Source: Eledone cirrhosa (Eukaryota). From it: a stretch of 64,000 nt of DNA. The stretch lies in assembly GCA_964016885.1 (NCBI GenBank), contig OZ024742.1, positions 307,210,001-307,274,000 on the forward strand. Reading direction: 5' to 3'. The position numbers were made by a program, and so were the translations under genes. How positions within the stretch are numbered: the first letter of the stretch is position 1; each line of letters begins with the position of its first letter. Below are positions 27,016 to 39,629 of the stretch, in pieces. The notes beneath the pieces are model-generated. The model was given only the letters and a program-made list of their open reading frames with translations. It was not told where the DNA came from and did no database searches.

Positions 27016-27051
27016 TTTCAACATTTCGGACAAAAGTTCTTCATCAGGAAA
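27016..27051 (-). ncRNA. Minimal hammerhead-like motif in pLTR remnant
   Basis: Minus strand: TTTC-CTGATGA-A-GAAC-TTTT-GTCC-GAAA-TG-TT-GAAA. Same pLTR family as 38953-38988 and 43243-43274 (shared downstream gaacctaata). Confidence 0.5.
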
Positions 27052-27224
27052 GTTCAGATAGGGGAGAAATGCTTAGGATTATCCTGAATGCAGTAATGGT
27101 TAATTACTACACTAGATAGAGTTGACGTACGGTGAGGGGTTACTCAACGAGTTATGGAAGAATTGTTGAAGAAACTTAGTTCCTAATCCTTCTGTATTCC
27201 GGAGTGTAGATAAAGAATGAATAA

Positions 27225-27407
27225 TTGTTTCTACTTTTGGCACAAGGCCAGCAATTATCCAGTACATTACTGGTACTTTATTTTATCGACCCCGTAAGGA
27301 TGAAAGGCAAAGTTAACCTCGGCGGGATTTGAACTCAAACTATAAAGGGGCGTAACTCTTTGCTGCAAAGCATAGCGTCAGACCCTCTACCGATACTGCC
27401 AATCCAC
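27225..27407 (-). mobile_element. Dominant SINE, complete copy with TSD
   Basis: Flanked by the direct repeat agataaagaatgaataat. Confidence 0.88.
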
Positions 27408-27463
27408 AGATAAAGAATGAATAATAACAGGTAGACATCATAAAAAAGGTAATTTATTCCGAG

Positions 27464-27586
27464 TGCTTACAACTATTTCAACAGTAGTTATACAGCCAAG
27501 TCATGGTATGTGCAAATTGGTAATTATTTGTAATTATTTGCAGAAACTCAATTTTCAAATGTTGCTTCTACCGTTTCCTCAGAGCA
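27464..27586 (-). ncRNA. Type I hammerhead-ribozyme-like motif (Penelope pLTR type)
   Basis: Minus strand: TGCT-CTGAGGA-AACGGTAG-[~80 nt]-CTACTGTT-GAAA-TAGTTG-TA-AGCA. Stem I TGCT/AGCA, 8-bp stem II, intact core. Confidence 0.6.
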
Positions 27587-27708
27587 GAATGGTTAAAATG
27601 TAAATACCCTTGAATTTCTTAAAGGAAGTTATTGGGTAAGATAGAGTAGAAAAGGAAGAGAGAAAGAAGGGGAGAGAGAGATGTAGGGGTTGGAGAAATG
27701 GGAGAGAG

Positions 27709-28675
27709 TCATCATCATCACCATTTTACGTCCGTTCTTCCACGCTAGCATGGGTTAGACGGGTTGTCCTGTTGTGGGCAGTGTCTGGTCGGCTGACCAT
27801 GCCTTGCTCATTCAGGAACTGATCTGGCTTGATTTCTACAGCTGGATGCCCTTCCTAACACCAACCTCATTTACAGCGAGTGCTGGGTGCTTTTTCGTGG
27901 CGCCTACACGTCCACTTTACAGTGTGGGCTGGGTGCTTTTTTGCCGTGGCACCTCCACGACCACCTTGCGGTGGGGGGGGGGGGGCATATTGTTTATATG
28001 CTTCAGCATGTACCCATGGGAGGTCGGGTACCCTGTATTACTGCGTGACGCCAGAGGTCACGGTCGTGTGTCATTGACTTTGAGAGGTGTAGTTGGGTAA
28101 GGTCGGTTTTTATCACCTCATCCCAAGTCATCTTGGGTCTCCCCACTCCGCGGTTTCCATCAACTTCTAGTGCTCTGCACCTTTTTATGCAGCTGTCATC
28201 CTTCATACGCATCACATGTCCATACCAGCGTAACCACCTCTCCTGCACGCAGCATTTGATTCCTCTTATGCTCAGTCTCTCTCTCAATTCCTTTATGCTT
28301 TGTCGTTCACGTATATTACTGTTACACATCCATCGGAGCATGCAGGCTTCGTTTCTCTCTAATCTACGTAAGTCTTCCACCTTCAGCGCCCAGGTCTCAC
28401 TACCATGCAACATCGCTGTTCGGATACACGCATCATACAGTCTGCCTTTCATTCTGAGGGAGAAGCCTTTTGCAGCTAGCAGTGGTAGTAGTTCCCTAAA
28501 CTTCTTCCATCCCGTTCTTACCCTAGTTATTGTACTTTCTGAGCACCCACCTCCGTTGCTAATTCGGTCACCTAGGTAGCAGAAGCTGTCTACTGTTTCT
28601 ACAGGGCCCTCCCAGAGATTGGTTGTACTTGTTTCCTGTGGCTGTTTGCTTGCTGTTTCAGCACAGCTGCTGCAT
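27709..28675 (-). mobile_element. RTE family A, 5'-truncated copy
   Basis: Nearly identical to the reverse complement of 620-1575, including the 3' extension and tail. Confidence 0.93.
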
Positions 28676-30202
28676 TTTTTAAGAATACAGATAGCTTAAT
28701 CAAAATGTTGTGGTAGGGGTTTTATTATATTGTTTATTCTCAAAGTGACAACCTTAGGCTTTGTGTTGATATAGTCAAGTTTGATATAGCATTTGAAAAT
28801 TGAGTTTCTGCAAATAATTACAAATAATTACCAATTTGCACATAGCATGACTAGGCTGTATAACTACTGTTGAAACATTTGTAAGCACTTGGAATAAATT
28901 ACCTTTTTTATTCATTCTTTATATATATATACATATGTCTGTATGTATGTAAAAAGTAAACATATATATATATATATATATATAACAGAACACAAACAAA
29001 TAATAAACTCAAATTAATATATTCAAACAAAGCCAGCTGAAGAAAAAAGGAATGTAAAACTGCTGCTGACGATAATGATGTGTATGTTTGTGCATACTTT
29101 TATGGGTGTTTGGTCTTATTTATCAGACTTTGAGTTGTGTGATAATTACAGTATAATCAATATTGTATCAAGATTATACGATAGTGTATGTATGTGTTAC
29201 ATATAATCTCTATTGTGCAAGCTTGTCAAAGACAGGGAGTGATATTGAATAAGACGGATTGTCAATGTGAAAGTAAAAAGAGAAAAAAGGAAAGAAGCAA
29301 TCTTTGTTGGCATGGAGATAAATACAGTTGTTTTCCTGGTTTAATACCAGGCCAGGTCTAATTAAGGAGACCTATGATCAAAGACGTCCTAGCCATGAAC
29401 ACCCCACGTTTGTTTTTCATTTTAAAAATTCTGAGCCCCAGACAACACCATTAAATGTCTTTTTATTACATCAAGATAACAGTGTATGGTTTGAGGATTA
29501 TTTGGGTGTTATTTTTATCACATGGAGCTCATGATGGTGGTATGTATGTGTATTGTTATAAAAGGGAAAGGATTAGCAGAATCATTATTAGAGCTTTGGA
29601 CAAAATGCTTTGTAGTATTTAGTTATTGAGTTCAAACCTTGTGTTGTGTTGAGTGTTGTCAGACATGTGCTAATGTGGTTTGAATCTATTCTACATATGA
29701 TGCTGGTGCATGCTTATATGTCTTTAAATATTCTTGGGTCCCAAATAATAGGGGGAGTTGGAATTAGCGGGGGGGGGGGGGGGACATTAGCTTTAATTCT
29801 TATCGGGGGGAGGGGAATCGGTAATTGTATAGTGTACGTTTGTAAATATGGGATTTCTGGTAATGTTCTTTTTTTTTGTCATATATAACCCGTTAGCATT
29901 CACATTATTTTAAATATACTATTATACTTTCATGGTAAAGGTTTTACCTCACATAATTATCTCACATAATATCGAATCTATTTATTTTGAGAACAATACC
30001 TTAACATCAGTTTGAGCGACCAGTTACAGCCAGTTTCAACAGAAAGAGGTAGAGAATTCTGGCCAGTTTGGGCTGGTTTGAACACTAAAAGGGATAATGT
30101 TTTTTTAAGGTAAAATAAAATTGGTGTCAGACACAATGCTTTGCAGCATAGAGTTACGATCCTTTACGTTCTGAGTTCAAATCCCGTCACGTATGCCAAC
30201 TT

Positions 30203-31082
30203 GGCATACGTCAAGACGAGCGGTCTCAAAAGTGAAACTAGTTACGATTGTGAATTTGTTTGTTTTTTTACAACAGGTTTCAATAGTGAAAGTATAATGT
30301 AGACACACGCAATTGTATGGATTTCTTAATATATATATATGTGTGTGGGTGTGTATATGTGTGTGTGTATGTATATATATATATATGTGTGTTTGTATAT
30401 ATATATATGTGTTTGTGTCATCATCATCGTTTAACGTCTATCTTCCACGCAAGCATGGGTTTATACGTATATATATGTTTGTGTGTATATATATGTGTTA
30501 GTGTGTATATATATGTGTGTTTGTGTGTATATATGTGTGTTTGTGTGTATATATATGTGTCTGTATATATATATATATATGTGTATGTATATATATATTT
30601 ATGCACACATACACATTTGTATGAATTTGTAGATGTATCTATATATGCCTACAAATTCATACAAATGTGTATGTGTGCATAAATATATATATACATACAC
30701 GTATATATATACAGACACATATATATACACACAAACACACATATATATACACACAAACACACATATATATACACACTAACACATATATACACACAAACAT
30801 ATATATACGTATAAACCCATGCTTGCGTGGAAGATAGACGTTAAACGATGATGATGACACAAACATATATATATACAAACACACATATATATATATATAT
30901 ATACATACACACACACACATATATACACACATATACACACCCACACATATATATATATTAAGAAATCCATACAATTGCGTGTCTGCATTATACTTTCACT
31001 ATTGAGACCTGTTGTAAAAAAACAAACAAATTCACAATCGTAACTAGTTTCACTTTTGAGACCGCTCGTCTTGATGTATGCC
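30203..31082. mobile_element. Merlin-related near-perfect foldback element inserted in a SINE
   Basis: About 430-bp arms (GGCATAC...GTATGCC) with a 16-nt spacer at 30633-30648. It splits a SINE at gagttcaaatcccg|ggttaactttgcc. Confidence 0.82.
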
Positions 31083-31848
31083 GGTTAACTTTGCCATTCA
31101 TCCTTACGGGGTCGATAAAATAAAGTACCAGTAATGCACTGGGACAATTGCTGGCCTTGTGCCAAAAGTAGAAACAATTATTAGATTCCCCAGCTGTGGT
31201 ATCGATATGAATCACTTATAATAAGATTTCAGCGGAGATAGATCAACAAAATGTAATAAGTGGGGTAGGGATGGAAAAAAATCTGAAAAATAATGGGGGG
31301 TGGGGGGTTATTCAAGACCTGAGAGTATGTGTTGTATGTTTGTGTCCATGTGTGTATATGTTAAATGTGACAGCTTGAGTATGTAAATGTTATTACATGC
31401 ATATGATTGAATATTTCATGTGTTTGTAATATAATACATTTGACAGTGTGCTATTTAGTCCCAGAACAATCCTGGTTTAACATATCTATGATCAAAGTCA
31501 ATCCCGCTATGCCTATCCTGTTTTTTTCTCTAAACAAAGTGCTGCTATACTACATCAGCTAATGTGTGTATCCCAGTTTTTAAATTATAACCATCATATC
31601 TGTGTGTCGTAAATGGTGATTAAAAGGGTTGGCATCAGGGTGGGCTTATGTCTTTTAGACACCAACTCAAAACATCCCGTCCAATCCATGCAAACGTGGA
31701 AATGTGGACGTGATGATGATGATGATCCATTATAAATTGTCTGTATTTAGCAGTGGTTACTTAAATACTTAATGAGCAATTAGAAATAAGGCCTATATTT
31801 CACATCTGGCCTGAGCCTATTACTAACTTTGTATGGGCCTAATTGCGG

Positions 31849-32590
31849 TATAACGGCGGCGGAGATTCGAAACCGAATCTGAGCTTTCCCGCCTCTGCGT
31901 CAAGCCATGGTAAGTTGTTTTCACTGGACAGACCAACCCCTTGGGAGATGCTAAACATAGATCAGAGGTGTTTACGCCTGACAGAAAATAGGTCAGAGGA
32001 TATATCCATCTTTCTGAGTTGTTTACTCCTAGAAAACCAACCCCTTGGCAGATACTAACCAAATGCCAGAGGATATATCTATCCTTCTAACTTCAACCCT
32101 TATAAATACAAGTCTTGTTTACGCCCCGGGAGAAAAAAAAGTGATATACAGACAAGACAAGTCGCATTTACAAGCTCTCGTCAAGAAAAACCAGTCTGTC
32201 ACTAATTTCTCACCCACCTGGCTGATCGCTTACTACTACTACTAAAACAAGCAAATATACTGATACGCACACAAGCATTCATAGCAAGTTCACACTGTTT
32301 GCATTTTACATGCACCATTTCTGTTCATTCACGTTGTATCTTTCGGATACAGTACAAATTATATTATAATCGTATTCTGTGATACTTGTATTTACATGGC
32401 TCGAAGAACCACCAAATTATTGTACGAATATTTCGTGTTGTAGCTTTATCATTCAATATTCAAATTGAATATTGTTATAATAAAATAAACATTGTAACAA
32501 CACAATCCTGGTATTATTCTTTGCATTGAAATCAACACCCCAACCATTCTATCTATCCACTTATCCGTTACAACCCAAATATTCGTTACA
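31849..32590 (+). mobile_element. Probable solo LTR
   Basis: TATAACG...CGTTACA inverted termini, TATAAATA at 32101, AATAAA near 32484, flanks gcgg/gcag. Confidence 0.55.
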
Positions 32591-33480
32591 GCAGTATATT
32601 ACGTATTCATGTTAAGGCGGCGAATTGTCAGAGTCGTTAAAACGTCGGATAGAATGCTTTACGGTATTCGTTCCGGCTATGTGCTCTCTGAGTTCAAATC
32701 CCGCCGAAGTCAACTTGACTTTTCATCCTTTCGAGGTCTATAAAAAAAAAATCAGTGTAGTACTGAGGTCAATTCTTCCTCTATATCTCTTTCTCTGGAA
32801 GAAATCTGCTGTACTCGGGCTTGGAGAGGGATGGACTCCGCCAAGTGCCAAAGAAACGCCTTATGTCTATACGGCGCCCCTACGACATTCATACGTATAC
32901 ATGTTAACAGCTACTCTTTAATTTTTCAGACTTTTCCACCAACAGCCCCACCTCCCGCTTATTAAATTCTGCTATATCCAACGAGATTATATTGACAATG
33001 ATTCATGTCGATAGAGCAGCTGGCGAATCTAATAATAATTTCATTTTACATTTTAAAAAAACCCCATTATATATGACAACAAAAAGTACAAGAAATCCCA
33101 TATTTAAGAACGTACATTATACAATTACCGATTTCCCAACCCTCCAACCCGCTTATAAAAATTTAAGCAAATATCCACAAACCCCCACACCACCCGCTCC
33201 TATTATTTGGGACGCGAGAGTAATACAACAAAGTGTGTGTGAGAGTTAGATCAACTGTTTATTTTGTGTTATTGTTTAGCTTAAAGTCAGAGGGCATACT
33301 TATGATCATAAGTATTCCACTTGTGACTGTAACAGCTTTTCTAGAGTATCCACGACTACGTTATCTAATGTGCGGTGTAACACGAAGCGAAGGAGTATTT
33401 GACTGCTATTTCTAGCAGACCGGACGATTACATAAATGCATTCTCGTTTGTCTTGCGTGTGTACACATGTGCATTTGATG

Positions 33481-33515
<35 letters not shown>

Positions 33516-33651
33516 CACCTTTAACGAAGTATGTACTGTGTGTGTGTGTGTGTACATTTATATCTGATGGATATACCTTTTTATGTTGTACGATGTGATG
33601 TGGGTGTTTGTAAAAAAACAAAAAGAGATGAATAGAGAAGTGACAACTTAC

Positions 33652-34125
33652 CATTAAGTAACCATAGATAATATAAAAGAAAAACACGGAACCACTGCAG
33701 ATGAGAAATTGCAGAGAACGCGATAAGGTGCTTAAATCAAAACATAATATTTTCACAGTCTGTTCATTTCTAGAACTTTTCTCGTTGACCTCTTGGTTAA
33801 GTGGCCTATTATCAATAGCCATGCTGTTGTGTTTCGTCTGCGAGTTAACATGGTAGTGAAGGTAAGATTCGAAGTCGATTGTGTTTGAAGCGTCACGGTG
33901 AGGAACAGAGCCGGAGGTGGGTGTGGTAGAAAATCCAGAGCGATGAGCAGTAAACGAAGAATAAAGATTATTATTGCCTTCAATGCTTATGCTAGATGGC
34001 GGCGGTGGTTGGGGCAATAGTGCTTGTTGTGATGATGGTGCTGGTGATTGTGGTGGTAGATGGTGGTGAGAGCAACCAGTCTCTCGTGGAGTGTAGCTAC
34101 TGCTATGTTCACGGTAACGCGACAT
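33652..34125 (-). CDS. SLC35B3: PAPS transporter 2 (SLC35B3) coding exon 1
   Basis: ATG at 34125 in aaaATG context. The ORF ends ...LQFLICSGSVFFFYIIYGYLM followed by a GTAAGT donor at 33651 (phase 0), matching the TM1 motif of PAPST2 (FYLIYGYLQE). Confidence 0.88.
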
Positions 34126-37012
34126 TTTCAGTAATTAGATGTACACAAACCTACAAAAATAGCGTGAAAAAAAAAGCGAGTGAAAGAAAAAAATGATTTG
34201 AAAGTATGGAGTATAGTAGATAATATTTTATTTAATTTTTTTTAAACTTATTTATAAAGAAACGCTTAATATTATCTTTTACCCTTTCGAATGGCGCTAG
34301 CAAAACATATATAGGTGCTAAAAGAGTATATCGTACGGTTTTCACGTTCCCTAAAGTACTTTTCACCTTTTCTGGGGATTTTATACCGCTAATATTTTTA
34401 TAGTTTTCATTTTTGCTAGTGTTTTCTTCAATCTTTAGCTTTTTAAGGCCACTAACTGTTAGTTATATTTACCGGTCACTATTTTGTAATTTTGCGTTTG
34501 TTTTTACTACGTACAAGTCCCTAGCTGTTTATTCGTCCAGAATTTTTTATCATTTTGCGAAAATTTTTAAATATTTGCCTAACAACCAGCAGGATAATTC
34601 TAGATTCTTCTCCAGAATAACTCCACTCCAACTATGATATAATCAGAACTAATTTGTTCCAAATTAAAGTTAGGGTTAGGGTTACGGTTAAGATTTGAGT
34701 TAGGGTTAATTCAATCAGTTTCCTGTAATTAACTCCAGGTTGACAGTCAAACAAACAAAAATATATGGATTAACTCTAATTTTAAACCTAAACCCAAAAC
34801 TTGAACTGTCAGAAATAAAGTTTGAAATAAATTTTTCTTTTAAAATAATATTTATTCCACTTCAATAAAAATTCCGTCATAATTGAAGAATATGACGTAA
34901 TACTTTCATTTTACCGAAGTCGTTTCACTTTGGTCAATGTTTTTCTATACATATACTGAAAACAAAAACTTCTGCTATAAATATCCGTTAATTTATCGCT
35001 TCGTCAACAAACTCGGAAGATATCCAAATACCGGGACTTGACCAACCGCTTCCTCTCCGTACTGGTTGCCGTCGAGACATCCGGTGTCTTCGATCTTCGA
35101 ACAGCCATTTTCTTCTGCAAGATCGGAAAGAATATATCGACCTGTCAACTCTCCCCGTCCGACGGAGAGATCTTTCACCCACTTTGGTGTGGGTGAAAGG
35201 TGTCTTCTCTTGTGAAAATGGGTATAGCTTTCATTATCTAAAATAAAGTACCAGTAATGTACTGCGAAAATTTGATGGCCTTGTGCCTAAAGTAGAAACA
35301 ATTATGTAAAATCTTCCCATTTTCCCCGTTTTGGGGCCCTTTTTTTCATGTTATTCCCCGTTTGGGTGTTTAGAGGTTGGCAGGTCTGGTATATTCTGAG
35401 GAAGTAAGTTAAATGGCATATGCAGCGAGTGTTGCAGGCTGTTCTCCGGACTATGCCTTTACTTTCTTGTCTGCATGGTATAGCTAGGATATACCGCTCA
35501 CCCAAGAGTATAGAGTTAGTCCCTGACCTTCCTCCACTTCTTTTCTATCTCCTGTTAACTATTTTAATTCGTTTTTTCTTCTCTTCTTGAATACCTTCTT
35601 CATTGTATACTTCTATTCTATAATACATTTCTTATTATTATTCGTTCACTTATTCTTGGAGAGAAGAGTCGTCAAACACGCCTTCAAGTGAGTCCTATAA
35701 GTAACCGTCTCCAATTGATCCGGCTGGACATCAACTTTCGTCTTTTCACAGCATAGTTCTCTCTAAATACTGTAAACAATTAACTACAGATGTTTGTATG
35801 GGGGAGCTTTAATACCTTCCATTAAGGCTGGTAGGGCACGGCGGATTTAAAATCGGGGTAGAAAGGGCCGAAACGTGCTTCTAAATTAATATATATACAA
35901 CAATAATATAATCCGAATTAGGGTTAGTGGTTAGGGTTTAAAGTTAGGGTTAATTCAACAAGTTTCCTAAAAGTATTTAACACCCATGTAAACAGAAAAC
36001 AAATACTTTACACTCTAATCCTAACTCTAATTTTGAATAAGTTAGTTCAGATTATATTAATTCATCATATCGAGGGAAGAGGTGGCTATTCTGGTGAAGA
36101 TCCACAGATAATTCTCTAAAGATTCTGCCTTAGACAGATATTTTATTCATCGATCCTGAAATAATGAAAGGCAAAGTTGACTTTGGCGACACTTGGACTC
36201 AACGCAAAGAGCCGGAATCAATTTTGTCTGACACTCTACCGATTTTGTCAATTCGCCGTCTTAATACTATTATTCATTTTTCATTAATAGTAATATAGTA
36301 AAACTTCGATTTAACAGATCAAGCAATATAGATTTTAGAATTAAATTTTTATAACCATGGCTAATACGATGGACAAAACTTATTTTGCGCTAAGCAGAGT
36401 AAAGGAAGATAAACAAATACCGGAGGTTGTCCGGCCGCTTCCTCTTCGCACTGGTCGCTGTCGAGACTTCAGGCGTACTGCCGAGCTCCTCCGAAAGATC
36501 GGAATGTCGGCAGCCCGTCTGAGGTAGGGGCCCCGCGAGGTGGGGCTGTTGCAGCGGGTGTCGCTGGCCATTGTCCGCGGGGCTCAACCCCATTACTACC
36601 GCGGCCTAGGCATAGAGCCCAACCACCTCACCCCCTCCTCATTCTTCTGTGACACTAGAGCCCTTCCTTTTCCGATTTTTTAAAATATTTTTTTATTTTA
36701 AATTTCATTCTTTCTTTTCAATCTAATTTGTTTTTCTTTCTCTATTAAATTGTATTTACATGATATATTTTTACATAGAATAAAATATTTCTGATAAATA
36801 AAAAAAAATGTTTAAATGTCTTTAATTTCCTGGTATCAAATGTAAAAAGAAAAGTGTGGGATGAAAGGAACTCTAAAAATATATATATACATGTGATTTT
36901 CATAAATCACATATCTCTATATATATATATATATTATTGTATGTGTAAATGTAAAGAGGCCCCTCGCGGTCACAACCTTCTAACTAATGTTATATTGTTT
37001 CATTGGGGTTGA

Positions 37013-37198
37013 TTGGATTGGCAGTATCGGTAGAGGGTCAGACCCCATGCTTTCCAGCATAGAGTTACGTCCCTTTATGATCTGAGTTCAAATCCCGCCG
37101 AGGTTGACTTTGCCTTTCATCCTTAAGGGGTCGATAAAATAAAGTACCAGTAATGAACTGTGTATTTGCTGGCCTTGTGCCAAAAGTAGAAACAGTTA
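37013..37198 (+). mobile_element. Dominant SINE copy
   Basis: Full match to the SINE consensus seen at 11622. Confidence 0.85.
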
Positions 37199-37271
37199 TA
37201 TTGTTTCATACAATAATGGTTGGAAGGACTTTCAAGATAGGTCTGCTCAATTAGTGTTGAATTGGGGCACC

Positions 37272-37302
<31 letters not shown>

Positions 37303-39304
37303 TATATATATTTCGTAAAAAATGACGGCTAATTGTAGTATTTTAGATACAAAAAAAGGGTACAAAACCAAGTTTTTAGTGTAATAGTTCTTTTATTACA
37401 AACTATCCGTAACTAACATAGATAACCAAGATATTATCTTAAAGCGCAATATGTATACATTTATATCTATCAGTACATAAATATAAACATACATACATTT
37501 ATACATGTATAAATATATCCACACATACTCACAGGTGATATTAAAGGAAATTAATGTTTCTCTTTGTTGAATAAATAAATGAACAATCAAATCTAACGAT
37601 CATTTTATTAAATGCGATAATTTAGTAAATTTCCTACAACGAATCTTCCCACGTCTGTTCATGTCCGCGGTCCAAAGAGAGTGAGTGAACTTGCGTCTGT
37701 GACTGGATGTATTTTGCCTCCGCTCTCTGAAGGGTTGTTAAGGGGAGGCAACTGCTAGTTGCCAAGCGACCATCTCAGCCACTACAATATAAACACATAT
37801 ACACTCACACCAGTATAAATGTATTCACACATATTCTCACACAAACACTAATACAATAATTGTTTCTAATAATTTATTTTATCGAACCAGTAGGATGAAA
37901 GGCAAAGTTTAACTCGGCGGGATTTGAACTCAGACCGTAAAGGGGCGTAACTCTATGCCTCAACGCATGGCGTCCGACTCTCTACCGGTACTGCCAATCC
38001 ACACTAATACAATAATTGTTTCTACTTTTGGCACAAGGCCAGCAATTACCCAGTGCATTACTGGGGCTTTATTTTATCGACACCGTAACGATGAAAGGCA
38101 AAGTTAACCTAAGCGGGATTAGTACTCAGACCTTAAAGGCAAAGCATGGCGTCCGACCCTTAACTGCGAATGTGTGTAGCAAATATGCTATACACGTGTA
38201 ACGAATCTTAGAATGCTGGTCGCTGTTTTCTATAATTAGTCACCACCCCCTTCTTCAGTCATGTCCCTCCCTTTCAGTGGGTGACGGTCAAATATATAAA
38301 TGAATTTACACACATTGCGTATTATTAATTTGGCCGTATCGGTAGAGGGTCGGACGCCATGCTTTCCAGCATAGTTACGTCCCTTTACGGTTTCAGTTCA
38401 AATCCCGCCGAGGTTAACTTTGTCTTTCATCTTTACGGGGTCGATAAAATAAAGTACCAGTAATGTACTGGATAATTGTGCCAAAAGTAGAAACAATTAT
38501 ATATATATATATATATATCACCATTCTTTTTCGCATGTTGCTAATCCAAGCCTTAGATTTATCACACACCAATATAGACAGTCATACAAGCTTATGCATA
38601 CAAACGCACAAACACATTCACAGACTAATAACCACATAAACTCACCCAAATATACAAACGTGCACACACAAAAGTATATAAAGTATTCACACACACAAAC
38701 AAACAAGAGCACACAAGCACACACAAAATACATAAACAATTTCAGACACACACACGCACACTCAAAAATAACATATATAAAAAAATTCAGACACCCGTAG
38801 ATATACACACATGCACACTTCCATCAACGATACACAAACCACACACATATACAGAGAAGCAATACTGCACACACGTAAGAACACCCACGACACACCACCG
38901 CATGTCGGACTAATCGCCTACCCTCCCCAGTCTCTCTCTCCGAACCTTGCTATTTCCTGAAAAAGGATGTATCACCGATACGTTGAAACCTCATTTCCTT
39001 CTTCTAAAGCGTGAACCTAATAAAACGCTTCAAGAGCACTCGGGAGGGGCACCCCCTCTCCTCTTCAAATCAACCAGCCTACAGGCGCATGCTCAGTGAA
39101 TGCCCTTTCACGTTCACTCACCTTTTAGTAAATGTACTGGAGGGGGTAGCACTTCTATTTCCACCTCACTTCTATTTCCACCTCACTTCTATTTCCACCT
39201 CACCTTCGTTTCCAAGATCGACCATGCAGATCACAAATGTGTGATCTGAATAGGCAACCGTTTGGAAATATGGACAACCTATACTATGCTTATATGATCT
39301 AGAT

Positions 39305-39613
39305 CAGTGCTTCTCAAACTATCTGATGTGGCGGACCGGCATTTTTTTTTATCAATGTGCCACGTACCGCTAATATTTCGTAGTAATATTTATACCGGAA
39401 ACGATATATATAATGAATATAATAATAGTTGACCATTTTTTTTATCTCCTATTTATTTTGTAAACAAATAATACAATATCAAAACATATAAAAAAGTAAT
39501 TAAAAAAATTCTTCAAATGATTCCTTAGCATGGCCTGGACACAGGCCGCATACCGGTAGCTGATGGCTCGCGTACCGGCACCGGTCCGCGGCCCACCACT
39601 TTGAGTAACACTG
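39305..39613. mobile_element. hAT (Charlie-like) MITE
   Basis: TIR CAGTGCTTCTCAAA / TTTGAGTAACACTG; perfect 8-bp TSD atctagat. Confidence 0.88.
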
Positions 39614-39629
39614 ATCTAGATGACCCTAC

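Noticed and set aside
30313-30988. Mirror-image YIYVCV ORFs on both strands (also 48521-48907)
   Set aside because: Products of (TA/TG)n tracts in foldback arms.
34669-34710. True telomere or interstitial telomeric array
   Set aside because: Only 2-3 perfect TTAGGG units embedded in a dispersed repeat.
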